DNA from: Rebecca billardiae RCC1528
Taxonomy: Eukaryota; Protista; Haptophyta
Length of the DNA stretch: 64,000 nt
Reading direction: 5' to 3'
Assembly (NCBI GenBank): GCA_965240325.2
Contig: OZ251241.1
Location: 620,001 to 684,000 of the forward strand
Shown here: positions 10,363 through 22,298 of the stretch, piece by piece
How the letters are laid out: every line of letters begins with the position of its first letter
Position numbering within the stretch: the first letter of the stretch is position 1
Translations under genes and position numbers: made by a program
Notes under the pieces: generated by a model
Databases searched by the model: none
Seen by the model: only the letters and a program-made list of their open reading frames with translations
What the model was told of the DNA's origin: nothing

Positions 10363-10816
10363 GTGGGGTCAGAGGGCCGACCGTTACACTCTCGGCGGTG
10401 CCACATAAATCACAATCTCCCGAAATCTCTTAGCATTATGAACTATCACACGCGGGTATTTACTTGGACGAACTAGTTAGTAGGCGTTAAGGCTTAATTC
10501 CAGGGTGTAGAATCCGCCTGTGCCAATTTCAGACTGCCAACATGTGATCTAGACGGTGCGATTCTGGTGCAAATAGCGCCAGATCACCTTGGAGATCGTG
10601 TATCTCCCCTACTAATGTTGCCGAGATCGCGTCGAGATTGAGGTCGTATATCTCCAGTATGTGACATTTTTCGCAAAACTTGTCAGCGTGACCCCAGCTC
10701 TCATTTCAGGCGAATATTGACATCCCGAAGTTTGAGAGCCTCATCTCAAGACGACAGGATTAGTTGGATTTTGGCGGCCACGCTGCACGCACCCCCCAGT
10801 GGGGCTCTGACCCCTC
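10363..10816. mobile_element. ~450-bp MITE, family M1 copy A
   Basis: TA|GTGGGGTCAGAG ... CTCTGACCCCTC|TA; second copy at 63457-63894. Confidence 0.85.
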
Positions 10817-11118
10817 TATACAGCAGACTTTCAGTGCTGACGCCCGTCACACTCCGCAGCCTGAGTGGTATACTGCGGTAGTAGACAGAGTAGTGGAATA
10901 TACGAGCAGTGAGTATCAGATTCAGAATGATTATTGTATGGCATGCGGTATGTAAGTAACGACCGAGCCTGCAGTGCCAGTGGCGGGGATGATAAGCTAG
11001 TGATTGATAATGATACTGATCATTCATGCAGACATGAGACATGATCGGATTCTGTCCGTAGTGTCTGTTCTACGGCTGACTTCTGCTGTCGTCAATAACT
11101 TAATTATATTATGAGGCT

Positions 11119-11303
11119 GATAGATAGATCGATCATCGATATATAGATAGATAGATCGATCGATAGATATCTATATATAGATCAGATCGATCAGACGATC
11201 GATCGATCGATATCGATCGATATCGATCGATCGATCGATCGATCGATCGATAGATCGATAGATAGATATTGATATAGATAGATAGATCGATAGATCTAGA
11301 TAG
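11119..11303. repeat. compound (GATA)/(GATC) microsatellite
   Basis: Runs of gatagata and gatcgatc. Confidence 0.9.
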
Positions 11304-11684
11304 TAGTGCTGCTCAGACTAGTCAGGCTACGCGACGGCCCGGTCATGCCGACGCAATGCCGAGTCGCCAGGTCGGACACGGGGCAGCTCAAGACACGGAG
11401 TTCACTCCGTCTCCGGCGCGGCCCGGCCGGCGGATCGGACTTCACTGCGGCCATCGGAGGCGGCTAGGACTTCGTCATCCGCTGCTTCCGTTGCTGAGAC
11501 CGTCACTGGCAATGATACGCGCACAGCCTTAATTTATTTATCCGCGACGCGGCGGGCGGCCCGCCGGCCGCCGCGGGAGGCGCCCTCGCGCGGCGCGGGG
11601 GGCGGGGCCGGGCCGCCCGGCGCTGGGCCGCCAGGCGGGCCCGGCCGGCGGGTCCGCGCAACCGACTGCGAGCCAAATGTAGTG

Positions 11685-12545
11685 TCATTGGCTCGTAGGG
11701 GCTGCGTTTGGTGCGATCGGGTTGCGATTCGGCTGAGCAGCTCGAGACACACCGATGGTCAGCGCTGCACCTGCGCCTGCAAGCGCGAGGGTAGTTGTGA
11801 GGTACGGCCACGTTGCCTGATTCAGCAGCGTGCCCTCTGCGAGCGCTGCGCGAACACGCCCGATCCCAGGGAATGGCGGTGCGTACGCGATCGATGGCAG
11901 CACAAACACGGCAACGAGCACGACTGGCAACATGGCCACAAAGAGCAGGAGCCAGCCAGCGACCCGTGCGCGGCCACCGGCAGCGCCTCTGTTTACGTCG
12001 CCTCTGTCAGCGGCCGGCGCGCGAGCAATCGTGCCATCGTTGCGCAGCCTGCGCTCGTGGCGAAGAAGTTGGATGGAGAAGGACCGATTCGGCGCGATAG
12101 ATGGGCGGACCTGCCGAATCAGCCCGAGCGTGTCCAACATGGCCATGCCATGCGTGCGCATCATGTAAGCGGCGACGATGGTAGATGACCGCGAACGCCC
12201 CATCACGCAATGGACGAGCACACGCCCTCTGCGCTTGATGGCGCCGTCGATGAAGTCGAACGTCTCGTCAAAATAGCGTTCGATGTCGACCCCCGTCGCA
12301 TCGCGGAGGTCGTGAAGGTGCAGGTAGGCGAGCTCGCTCGGGAAGTACAGCTTTGCCTCGGCGGCCGCACACACAATGTGCGTGATGCCGTTCTCGAGGA
12401 GTGCAGCGCGGTTGCGCGCTGCGGCAACGGAGCCAATGAACAGGCCGGGGTCTACTTCTTGTGGCACCGCGTCGCGCGCACGCATGCGAATGACCCGTAC
12501 CAAGGCGTCCTCGAGCCATGTCGCGTCGTGGTCCGACGTGGCCAT
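11685..12545 (-). CDS. dual-specificity protein phosphatase with C-terminal hydrophobic segments
   Basis: PGLFIGS, GITHIV, VHCVMGRSRS (HCxxGxSRS), IRQVRPSIAPN; two hydrophobic stretches near the C-terminus; ATG 12545. Confidence 0.9.
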   Translation of the reverse strand: MATSDHDATWLEDALVRVIRMRARDAVPQEVDPGLFIGSVAAARNRAALLENGITHIVCAAAEAKLYFPSELAYLHLHDLRDATGVDIERYFDETFDFIDGAIKRRGRVLVHCVMGRSRSSTIVAAYMMRTHGMAMLDTLGLIRQVRPSIAPNRSFSIQLLRHERRLRNDGTIARAPAADRGDVNRGAAGGRARVAGWLLLFVAMLPVVLVAVFVLPSIAYAPPFPGIGRVRAALAEGTLLNQATWPYLTTTLALAGAGAALTIGVSRAAQPNRNPIAPNAAPTSQ

Positions 12546-12955
12546 CACGCTGGCCAGCCGGGGTAATCATTCAGAGAATGGTAATTAGAACCGTTCTCCG
12601 GGGACATTCTTGGCCCTTTTCCTTCCCCACGAGCCGGGGTGATCGGCCGATCGAGACAAGGTTCCTTTTCGGCTGCTCCGAACGAAGCCCGGCGGAAACG
12701 ACTTGTCAGCTACGTATGCAGCTCGGTCTGAGTTCAAAATGCGTGAACTTCCATCACAATGCCGGATGGATACGGACCTAATTACTCGTCCCGTTCCGAT
12801 TCGAAGCTACGTCAAATGCGCCACTAATTTAATAGCAGTACAAATCTCCACTGGCTATCTCGCTTCTATTAAGAGATCGCAGTCTCCGGAGCTCCACATC
12901 TCAACCCAGGTTTTGATCGTATCTCCACACTTGCAGTAATTGCTGCAAGTCGCGA

Positions 12956-14362
12956 ATGCCACGATGGCGGGCCGGCGCGTGCGCGCTGCTCGCGGGGTGG
13001 GCGCTTCAGGGGTTCCCCCGCTGCGCGATCACCGTGCGCACGGTGTCACAGAAATGCCACGTATCACCTGGCCGCGGCCTTGCGCTTGCACGCGAGGCGG
13101 CGGACGAGCCTGCGCTTGGGCCCGCGGGCAATCGCACCGCGCGCACGCTGTGCGAGCGGCGCGTGCTCGAGATGCCGGCGACGATGTGCAAGGGAGAGGC
13201 CACGGTGCGCGAGCTCTGCGCTCATGCGTACATATTCATCGGCGGTTTCTTCCACAGCGGCACGGGCGCCCTGCGCGGAGCGCTCTCCGCCGCGGCGCCG
13301 GCGCACGTGAGCGTGCACATCAACACCCACAACATCCAGGACGAGGGCAAGTACATGCAGACGGTCTACCACTTCCACCCGCAGTTCGACGCGAAGCTCT
13401 GGCACTGCGCCTTCGCCGAGGGGCGCCGGGATGAGGCAAACCTCCACCCACCGCACTCGCGCACGGCCCTGCACCGCGACGAGAGCGACGCGCTCGCCTC
13501 GGAGCCGCGCGGGTCCACCCTGCTCTTTGCGCAGTGGGCACGCTTCTGGCAGCTCGACAAGCCAGTGCTGGTGGAGAAGACGCCGATGAACCTGCTGCGC
13601 ACGCGCTACCTGCAGACACTCTTCCCCGAGGTCGCGTCGTTCGCGATCATCATCCGCCACCCGCTCGGCTGCTGCGCGATGATGCTCAAGCAGATCTTCA
13701 AGGGGCTACTGCCAGGGCTCGCGGCGGAGCGCGTGCCTGCCGGCGGCAAGCGGCGCGGCGGCAAGGCGCGCGGGCGGTTCGACGCGCCAGATGGCGAGCG
13801 CGGAGGGCCGCGTGCTCACGCTGCCAACACGCGGCGCGGCCCGACGGGGCGTCGGCTGCAGCCGCGCGCGTCCCCCCCTGCCCCTCTCGACGGAGCCCCG
13901 TCGCTGCGGCCTGCGCAGCAGCAGCTCATCTTCCGACGGCTCGAGTCGATCGTGGGCTACTGGGCGGACAAGCACGCGCAGTTCGAGGAGGACTCGCGCG
14001 TGCTGCAGCGAGCGACGGTCGTGCGCTTCGAGGCACTCCTCGTGGACCCCGTCCCCGGCGCGCGCGCTGCGCTACGTGCCCTCGGCTTCGCGCTGCCACC
14101 GGCGGGCGTGCACGTGCGCGGGCGCGCGCTCAACTTCGACACGTGGGCGCAGGGGCTGGACGCGCGGTACACGTGGGAGTGGCATGCGCGCTTCAAGGCC
14201 GCGTTCGACTTGCTGCGGGCACTGCCGCCCGGCGCACCGGGCGACGACTCGCCGTGGGATGCGTTCGTTGCCGCGTACGAGCCGGCCGTCCGCCGGTACG
14301 GCTACAGCCTGCACAACCTCACCGCACTGCGCGCCCCGCTGGTGCGTCTCGTCTCGGTTTGA
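12956..14362 (+). CDS. P-loop sulfotransferase family protein with signal peptide/anchor
   Basis: YIFIGGFFHSGT (5'-PSB), LVEKTP, IIRHPL (3'-PB), VRFEALL; hydrophobic N-terminus. Confidence 0.8.
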   Translation: MPRWRAGACALLAGWALQGFPRCAITVRTVSQKCHVSPGRGLALAREAADEPALGPAGNRTARTLCERRVLEMPATMCKGEATVRELCAHAYIFIGGFFHSGTGALRGALSAAAPAHVSVHINTHNIQDEGKYMQTVYHFHPQFDAKLWHCAFAEGRRDEANLHPPHSRTALHRDESDALASEPRGSTLLFAQWARFWQLDKPVLVEKTPMNLLRTRYLQTLFPEVASFAIIIRHPLGCCAMMLKQIFKGLLPGLAAERVPAGGKRRGGKARGRFDAPDGERGGPRAHAANTRRGPTGRRLQPRASPPAPLDGAPSLRPAQQQLIFRRLESIVGYWADKHAQFEEDSRVLQRATVVRFEALLVDPVPGARAALRALGFALPPAGVHVRGRALNFDTWAQGLDARYTWEWHARFKAAFDLLRALPPGAPGDDSPWDAFVAAYEPAVRRYGYSLHNLTALRAPLVRLVSV

Positions 14363-15526
14363 CTCAGATGATGAGTCGTTGTCGTCAGGGCCGTCATCAG
14401 CGCTGCAGCGCAGACGACGAAGACTGATGGCCGTACTCGATCATGGTGGAGCCTAATGGCGCACTGAGACTGAGTGATGCAGTACACTGAACAATTAGTC
14501 GTTATTAGACTGACTTCCGCCGTTATCGGCCATGACTGATGATGATTACGGACAGAGTTATTAATATCAATATATATATATTGATATTCATTAATCGGTC
14601 GGATGAATAATCGATATATGACGAATGATTTGAGACGCGCGGATGAGTGAGGATCCATGGAATCTAATCCGGGGCGGTACAGATACTAACACGGACTAGT
14701 TACATATCAGTACGATCGACTGTACGACATCTAAGTACGACGTTACTTATTCAAGTCAGGTCAATCGTCTAATTATCGTCAACTGACTGCCAAGTCTGTG
14801 CCATCAGTCGGCCTGAAACGGTACGTCATCACGGCGCGGGCGCATCATCGACGACGGTGTATGCTGCCTGTGTCACAGCCGATGCCGTCGTATCATTGCC
14901 GCATGCCACCGCCGTCGCCGAGTGATCAGTCATACATCATCGTATTTCAGGTACCGCGGGGACTAGCTTGATGATATTAGACTATGTCCTGACGAGTTCG
15001 GTTAGTTATTACGGACCGAAGCCTGTGACGTACGATGCTGTGACTTCGTCTTTATATTATTAACATTTATATATAATAATAATATATATATATGATTAGA
15101 TTATTTATTACAATATAACCTCGTCTGGGCGGCGCGGTCAGATTCACTCCGCGATTTCTAGCAGTTATAATACAGATACTAGATAGCATTGACTAGTCGT
15201 TCGTGATTGAGCCATATTCAATTAATTCAGAGTCACGCACTGACTGCTTATGACGCACGGTCCGATCAGAGTCCAAGACGATTATTCGCCATCGTCAGTG
15301 ATTACACGGCATTACTTTGACTGATGTCGGACTGAGTGCGCTTCGTCGGAGTCACTGACTAGTGATGCCAGTCACAGTGTCCGCGCCGCCGCGCGGCCCG
15401 AGACGGTCGGCGCGCTGCGAGCCGGGACCGGGCGTCACACACGATTACAGTGCCGCGAAATGACGAGTGCCGCTGCGCACCGGTCGTGGTACTCAGTACC
15501 GCGCGATCCTAGCCGTGCTGCGCGAA

Positions 15527-15904
15527 TCACTCTGGGAGCAAACCGAGGACGCTTTCCTCGTCAACACCATCGGCAAAGTGCTCGACAGAGTCCCATTGCG
15601 GGGCTGATGCAGTGGTCGCGAGAGATGGCGAGGCAGCAGGCGCACTCAGGAAGGGGCGCCCTCGTTTCATCGCCTCGGGAGGATCGAAGGGTTGGCTGTT
15701 ATCGAGCAGGGGCAGCTCTTCCGCATCGAGGACGCCATCTCCACTGTTTTGCCTTCTCTCCTCCCTCTCTAAGCTGCTGGCAGCCGCGGCAGCCGCAACT
15801 CGAGCGCGCACATCAACAGCCTGCACGTGCTCGTCAGGTGGGAGGTTCAGCGCGCGTCGGAACGCCTCGTAGCTCTCTTGCTCGGCGGACGATGTCGCCA
15901 GCAT
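15527..15904 (-). CDS. small acidic hypothetical protein
   Basis: 125-aa ATG ORF with non-shadow (D/E/S-rich) composition, head-to-head with the amidohydrolase like other real gene pairs here; no motif. Confidence 0.45.
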   Translation of the reverse strand: MLATSSAEQESYEAFRRALNLPPDEHVQAVDVRARVAAAAAASSLEREERRQNSGDGVLDAEELPLLDNSQPFDPPEAMKRGRPFLSAPAASPSLATTASAPQWDSVEHFADGVDEESVLGLLPE

Positions 15905-16137
15905 CGCGATTCGCGAGAGGAGCCGCAGCGCACCCCGCCACGATTGCCCGGGGAGGAGGACCGCGCCAACCGCCGCCCTCCGCCCTTGGCGTTCTCGCGC
16001 CCGTCTCCCCGTGCGCAGCAGCCGGGCGGCCGCCCCGATATGGCCGGGATTTCTTTCAGGACCGGATCACACAGCCCAAAGAGCAGCGCTGCTTCACGTC
16101 CAGTAGTGGCATCGACCTCGCGTGCTGGGTGCGATTG

Positions 16138-17357
16138 ATGAGGGGCGGCGCTCTGCTAGCCCTGGCCGCCACGGGCGGACGTCGCGCGCAGACTGCCATG
16201 GGCACCCAGTGGCCGCGGATCGATTCCCACCTGCACGTTTGGTCCGAAGGGGCCGACTGGGCGGACGGCGCCTCGCCGCCGGATGCGCTGCGCGCGGCCG
16301 CCACGATTGACAGCTTCGTGCATGCGGCCCGCGCGTCTGGCGTCGACGGCGCTGTCATCGTGCACCACAACTTCGCGTGGACTCGCGACGATCCGGACGT
16401 GGGTATCGATCACAGCTACGTGCAAAGCGCGCTCGAGCGGCATCCTGCCTTCTTCCGTGCTCTGGCCATCGCTGACCCGCGCCTGGGCTCGGAGCGTGCG
16501 GTGCGCGCGCTCGAGACACTCAACGCGCGCGGCTTCACGGGCGTGCGCTTCAATCCCGCCATGTTTGCCGAGCTGGAGGGAGGCCTCAGTGGTCCCGTCG
16601 GCCGCGCGCTTTACGCCCGGGCGGGCGAGCTGGGCATGCCCGTCGGCGTGATGGCCTTTGGCGGCCTGCACTCGTGCATGGCGCACATCGAGGCTCTGCT
16701 CGCGCACTCACCGTCCACGCGCCTCATCATCGACCACCTCGGCTTCTTCCGGCAAAAGGGGGCCGATGACAGCGCAAGTCTGCAAGACCTGCTTGCGCTC
16801 GCACGGTGCGCGCGCCTCGCGCCGCCGCGGCTCGAGGCGCGCTCGGCCGCACCCGACGCTGCGCAGTGTGACTCGCGCAGGACTCACGCCTGCTCCTGGC
16901 TGTGTGCTCGCGGCGCCCACACTGACGCCTGCTCCTGGCTGCGTGCGCGCGGCGCCACAGGGCTCCGCAAGTCTACGTCAAGGCCTCAGCGTTTATGCGG
17001 CTGGTCGACGAGCCGTACCCCGCGGCCTCTCTCGCGCCCACGCTCACCAAGGTCGTGAAGGCCTTCGGCGCGTCCCGTGTGATGTGGGGCAGCGACTTTC
17101 CTTACGCCCTGCTCGGCAGGCCGATGCCGCCTGGCGCGAGCGCCGCACCTGACGGCAAGGACGGGCTTGTCGAGTACGCGGATGTGGCGGGCGCCATCGA
17201 GCGTTGGCCAGAGAGCGTGGCAGGGCTCACGCGCGAAGAGGTTGCGCTTGTGCTCGGTGGCACTGCGAGCGAGCTCTTCTGGTCGGATCAGGCGGCTGTT
17301 CGTGGCGGCGACGCAGGTGCCGTGAAGACGACAGCCGGCGGCAAAGATACCTGCTAG
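16138..17357 (+). CDS. amidohydrolase_2 family metallo-hydrolase
   Basis: IDSHLHVW, GVRFNP, IIDHLG, VYVKAS, MWGSDFPY; intron 16806-16960 joins the two ORF-track pieces; start 16138 or 16198. Confidence 0.85.
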
Positions 17358-18068
17358 CTCCGAACGGAGCTCGACACGTATCTCGCTCCAGAGTGCCCAG
17401 TACTACTGCTTGGATGTGTTGAGGTTCGAGTGCCGACATCACCGTGTCACAAGGCAGATCCGTGGAGAACGTGCTGCAGTCATCACGGAGACTTTGCCGC
17501 AGCGCCGAGACCGACCAGACGGAACACGCGGCCGCGGGCGCCATGCCGGCCGCCGGCCGACGCGGCGTCGCTGGCGGCGGTCCGCGCAGCGCCCACTGCC
17601 TGGCAGCGGCGGAGCCCGACACGGACCAGCAGCGGCGCCGACCCGTGCCGGAAACGACACTGCGGATGCTGACGGGTCGATGCGCCGCCCGAGGGCGGAC
17701 TAGGTACGGAGCCAGCCCGGGTCCGAAGTCGAAGACGCCGCGACGACGCTCGTCGCAGCCGCGGACAGTGGCCCGCCGGCGTCGCCCGAGTTATTACGCT
17801 TTTGTGACGACGATGCATGAAAAGGCGCTATACCGTACGTGACTCCGTTACTGTATCTGACTGCGGATCGATGATCGACAGATGTCACATAAGTGTTACA
17901 GTAACAGTACCGTGATCGACGAGTTACTACCGTAGTATTTCAGTACTATACGAGTATATAGCATATATCAGGCGATATGTGACGCAGACAGTCAGACGAC
18001 GACTGGCAGGCTTCGTCTCTGGCCGAGTCCGATGAGAGGCCGCCGAGTCACAGACGAGGCGGCGAAAT

Positions 18069-21000
18069 ATTCGCGTGCGGACCATCCACCTCAAAGATGT
18101 GCGGGTGCCGTTTCTGGACGCTTCTAGCCTTGATCTCCTGAACATTTGTAGGGGAGATGAGTTTAGTCAGTCGACTGACTAAACTTTTTCTTCAATCAAG
18201 GCTCCTCACGACTAGGCGCCGTCTTGCACGAAATCCCTATCCTCTCGTCTGGCCACGGCCCTTGGTCTGGCGGTCTTGCATCAAATCCTGGACTCGCGAG
18301 GGCAAGGGGTGGGCCCTCTACCTACGGCCGCCAAACCGGTAATACGCGTTCTGAGCCCGGTCTGGTTGCGGGCGGCCCGGGGCCGCCGCGCCCCGGCTGC
18401 CGGGGCGGCGACTCGGGGAGGCGAGCGTTGGCGCGCGCCCGCCGTGGCCGCGGCGGCAGCGGGGTCGTTGGGCCATCCCAGGGGTATCTGAGCCTCTCGA
18501 CAAGGGGCCGTGGCTGCGCCTCGCGTGGGCTGTACTGCACGCGGGCAGCCGACACGAATGCGATGCGCCATCCAAGCGCGAGCCCGAGAGCTTTCGCGAC
18601 ACGGGTGCTGCGCGAGCACGTCTGAAGGAGCGGGCAAGGTCTCGAGAGGAAGCAGGGAGACCACAGAAGTGCTAGCTCGCAACGACAGTCAGGGAGCGCG
18701 AGCCGCCCCGCTGCGCTGCCTGAGCCGGTCGCCCCACGGGCACGGCCACGGGCCACGCGTGGCGGGCAAACGTGACTGCCGCGCGGCAAGGCTTGGTGAG
18801 TGTGGACATGCTTCAAGTGGCTGGTCGCTGGTAGAGCTGCTGCATCCCAATCGCGAGCAGCCAGTAACAGCGACTCGGCCGCGCCGCCGCGGCCGTGCTC
18901 CGCAGTTCTGGTGCCCGCGCGGAACTGACGGTCACGGTTGCGCACCCGCGGGCGGCGAGACCAGTCAGTGGGCCGGCTCTGCCGCCGTCCCTGAGCGTGA
19001 CCCGCAGTGGCGTCGCCGGGCTTGCAGGGGGGTCTAAGCCGGCCGCCCGCCCGAACCGGAGCCTGGCACGACCGTATCCGGCCCGCGCCGCCGCGCGCTG
19101 CCACAGTGGCCGGTGGCGGTGGCACGCGTCGGGCCCGCGCAGCCCGCGCGGCCCGCGCCGCCGCGCGGCCCGCGAGCGCGGGCCTCATCCGACGAATAAG
19201 ACTGACGAGTATCACGAACGAATATGGCGCCAATGCGGGATAGTGCGACTGGAGTGCTGAGCCGTGACTGACTACGTCATGCCTACCAGCCGTACGTACA
19301 TCCCCGCCCACTATTCGGATGGTAGCCCGCGGTCGGCGGCGGCGAGCCGCCGATGATTGTCCCGCCGGTCGCTGTGACATCCTTCCACTTACGCCAGGTG
19401 AAGCGCAGGCCGATGACCGACTGGAAGTCGGTGAACAGGACGAGCTGGTGCGGGCTCTCGGCGAGCGTCGTGGCGGGAGAGAAGATCTCGGCGTAGTTGT
19501 CCGACGCGTTGCCGTTCAGCGGAGCGATCGAGAAGAAGGGCCAGCCGGGGGCGAGCGGCAAGCTCGCGTGAGATGCGAGCTCGAGCTCGTACCGGCCGCG
19601 CAGCCAGCGGCCCAGGCGGTCCTCGGCGAAGAGGTCGATGACGGCAGCATCGTACGCGGTGGCATCGACCTGGACCGATGCGCGCTCGGCTGCGTGCAAG
19701 CCTCGGCAGTGCGCGACGACGCGCGTGAGCAGCCGATCGAAGATCGCCGCCTGCTGCTGCTGGCGGACGCGAATGTGCATCGGCTCCCGCCACAGGAACT
19801 CACGGTACCGCGCGACGAGGTTGTGCACAGCCTCCGCCGGCGGGCGGTACAGCTTCGCGCCGTGCTCGATGGCGACGATGGTGACGTGGCGATACACCTT
19901 ACTGCTGGCGAGGCAGCCCGCGACACGGCGCTCGGACTCGACGCACGCCGCAACCAGATCGGCGTCCGCGGCGATGCCAATCTCATCGCGCCCTGCGCGG
20001 CGCGCGCGGGCACGCGCGCAGGACGCGCGTCAACACGGGCGGCGGGGGGGAGCGGGCACGGCGCGCGCGCAGCGGGATCCGATCGTACCGAGATCGAGCA
20101 CGTGCTCGTCCGCCTCCCCGAGCAAGCACGGCCGCAGCGGGTAGCCGCGCTGCTGCCCGTCCTCCGCAGCCCCTGTCGTCGTCGGCAGCACGATGCCGCC
20201 GTCCGGCTGCTTCCAGGCCTTCAGGCCGACACCGAACTCGAATGGCATGCGGGCGGTCGGGAGCTGCGCGATGACCTCCTCGGGTGGCTCGGTCAGATTC
20301 ATGTTCGCCACATGCAGCACGTTGCGCTTGGCCTTGAACGGCTGCGGCTCGGACTCGCCCTGCCTGGCATCACAGACGACGGGGCGGACGACGACACGCG
20401 GTGTTGGCGCGCCGCGGGTATGCGCGCGCAGGGAGGGATCGCGGGCGGGGCGGCGCACCTCGGGCGCTTGAACGCGGTCCATGCATTCACGAAGAAGTCC
20501 AGTGCGCCCCCGCGCGCGATGAACTCCGCAAGGTTCTTCCACACCATCACCTTGCCATGCACCGTCTCGACCTCGATCTCCTCCTCCTTCCAGTTGCCGA
20601 CGTGCTCGTAGACCTCCGCAGGGTGGTAGTCTGCGGTGCGCGTCTTGCCAGGCAAGTCCTCCACGAAGTAGAACCACTTTACCATGAGGGTCACTGACCC
20701 CGCGACGACTTCTTGACGACGCGGCGCACCTGCGCGAGCCCGGCGCGCTCCGAAGGCCTGCCGTTCTTCTGCAGCCACTGCACGACGACATGGTCTCCGA
20801 TTCCGATATTGATGCCGCGCCAGATGACGCCGACATTCCGCAATCGTCCTCCCCGCGTGGCGGCGGTGACGAGCTCCGGCGCGGTGGCCGGCGGGAGCTC
20901 CCCGCTCCGTCCATGACTTCGACAAACCGCGAGGGGCCGTTCGACCGGCGCTCAGCCGGAACGGAGCGACTCAACCAGGCTCGGCGGTTGCTCAAAAACC

Positions 21001-21140
21001 TATTCATGCCCTCCACCGCCCCTGGTGCAGGCCGGGCGTTGATTGGCCGTCGGTTGCTAGTGCAGTTTTAAGAAAATCTCGTGGAACGTGGCCGGAAAAG
21101 GCACCCGCACATCTTTGAGGTGACGAATCCCATCGCGAAT
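18069..21140. mobile_element. ~3.1-kb inverted-repeat-bounded element carrying a BAH gene
   Basis: Perfect 23-bp IR CACCTCAAAGATGTGCGGGTGCC (18087-18109 / 21100-21122) inside a longer imperfect IR (ATTCGCG at 18069 / 21134-21140 at equal spacing); exact ends and TSD unresolved; no transposase seen. Confidence 0.55.
19283..20914 (-). CDS. BAH-domain protein (two 1-nt frameshifts in G4 runs: sequencing error or pseudogene)
   Basis: Reconstructed WRGINIGIGDHVVVQ...LAQVRRV...VTLMVKWFYFVEDLP...EVYEH...EIEVETVHGKVMV...DFFV follows the BAH pattern; introns 20364-20458 and 19993-20088; adding one G at 20900-20903 and at 20698-20701 restores a continuous frame from ATG 20914. Confidence 0.6.
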
Positions 21141-21336
21141 CCCGCGCTCGCGAGTCGCGATGTGCTGCATATGTGCCATGTGGCCATGTGCGGCGGCGGC
21201 CGACGCGTGCTAGAACGGTCGTCTGCGCCTTGCTGACGAACAGCGACTGCTCTGCGCATCACCACGCGAGCGCAGGTAGACTCCGTGCGTGGCTCGGCCG
21301 AGCTCCCCGGGCCTGGGGCCACCAGGCAGCCTGGGT

Positions 21337-22298
21337 TCATACCTCCGCAGCCGTCTTGGCTGCGCTGGCACCGGGCGCGTCCGAGTCCTTGTACACAAGC
21401 GCCGCACAAATGACGCCACACCACGTGGCAAAGTAGCCGTTGCCGGCCCATACGAACGGGCTGATGAATGTCAGCACAATTGCCGCGGCGAGCCACCTGT
21501 GACGGCGGGAGGGCGGGGTTGAGACGGGAAGGCAGATGAGACACAGCGCGGCGGTGGGCAGCGCCTGGCTGTGCTGTGCGCGCACCAGAGGAAGAGGAAG
21601 AGGATGACGTAGGGCATTGCCTGCGTCGCGGCCGGAATGCACTTGGGCGCGAGGATGACGAAGATGCAGATCACAAGCGAGAGCGCGCCGACGGCCACCG
21701 CGTACGCAACAAAATTTTGGCAGTTGCTGCAGAAGACAGCCGCTGCGATCAGCTCGATCACGGAGGCCATGATGACGCCTGCCATCGCCGGGCCCGCCTT
21801 CTGCAGCTCGCCAGAGACGAGGCCGACCGCGGCCTGCACGAAGCTCGACACCTCGAGCCCGTACATCACGGAGCCGAAGAACGCGATCCACGAGCCCAGG
21901 TAGCCGTTCGAGACCACGGTGTACGGGCCGGCAAAGGTGATCACGCCCGCACCAAAGATCCACCAGATCACGAGGAAGACGGCGACGAAAGGCGCGGCTT
22001 TGGACGTGCACTCCGCGAGCGCGCTGATCTTATCGCCAAGCAGCATGAACAGCGTGACCACTGCGCTGACCAGGCCCGCAGTCAGCGCCCACGCCGTGTA
22101 CGAATGGCAGCCCTCGTTCCCCCAGCCACGGCCGTCGTCGCCGTTGCCACGGCCATTGCCATTGTTCCCTCCGGAGGACCCCCAGCCGCCTGCGCGGCTG
22201 CAGCTGAAGACGCCCGCGAGGAAGACTATGAAGGACGCGACGAATATGAGGACGAGTAGCCCCTTGCCAGACGGCGCGGCGGGGGCGGCAGGCGCCAT
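21337..22298 (-). CDS. multi-pass membrane protein, two tandem 4-TM (MARVEL-like) repeats
   Basis: About 8 hydrophobic helices; each half ends TFxxPx...NGYxxxW; intron 21497-21585; ATG 22298. Confidence 0.8.

Noticed and set aside
15460-16137. N-terminal extension of the 532-aa ORF as part of the amidohydrolase
   Set aside because: Low-information sequence overlapping a more plausible minus-strand gene; family motifs start only after 16198.
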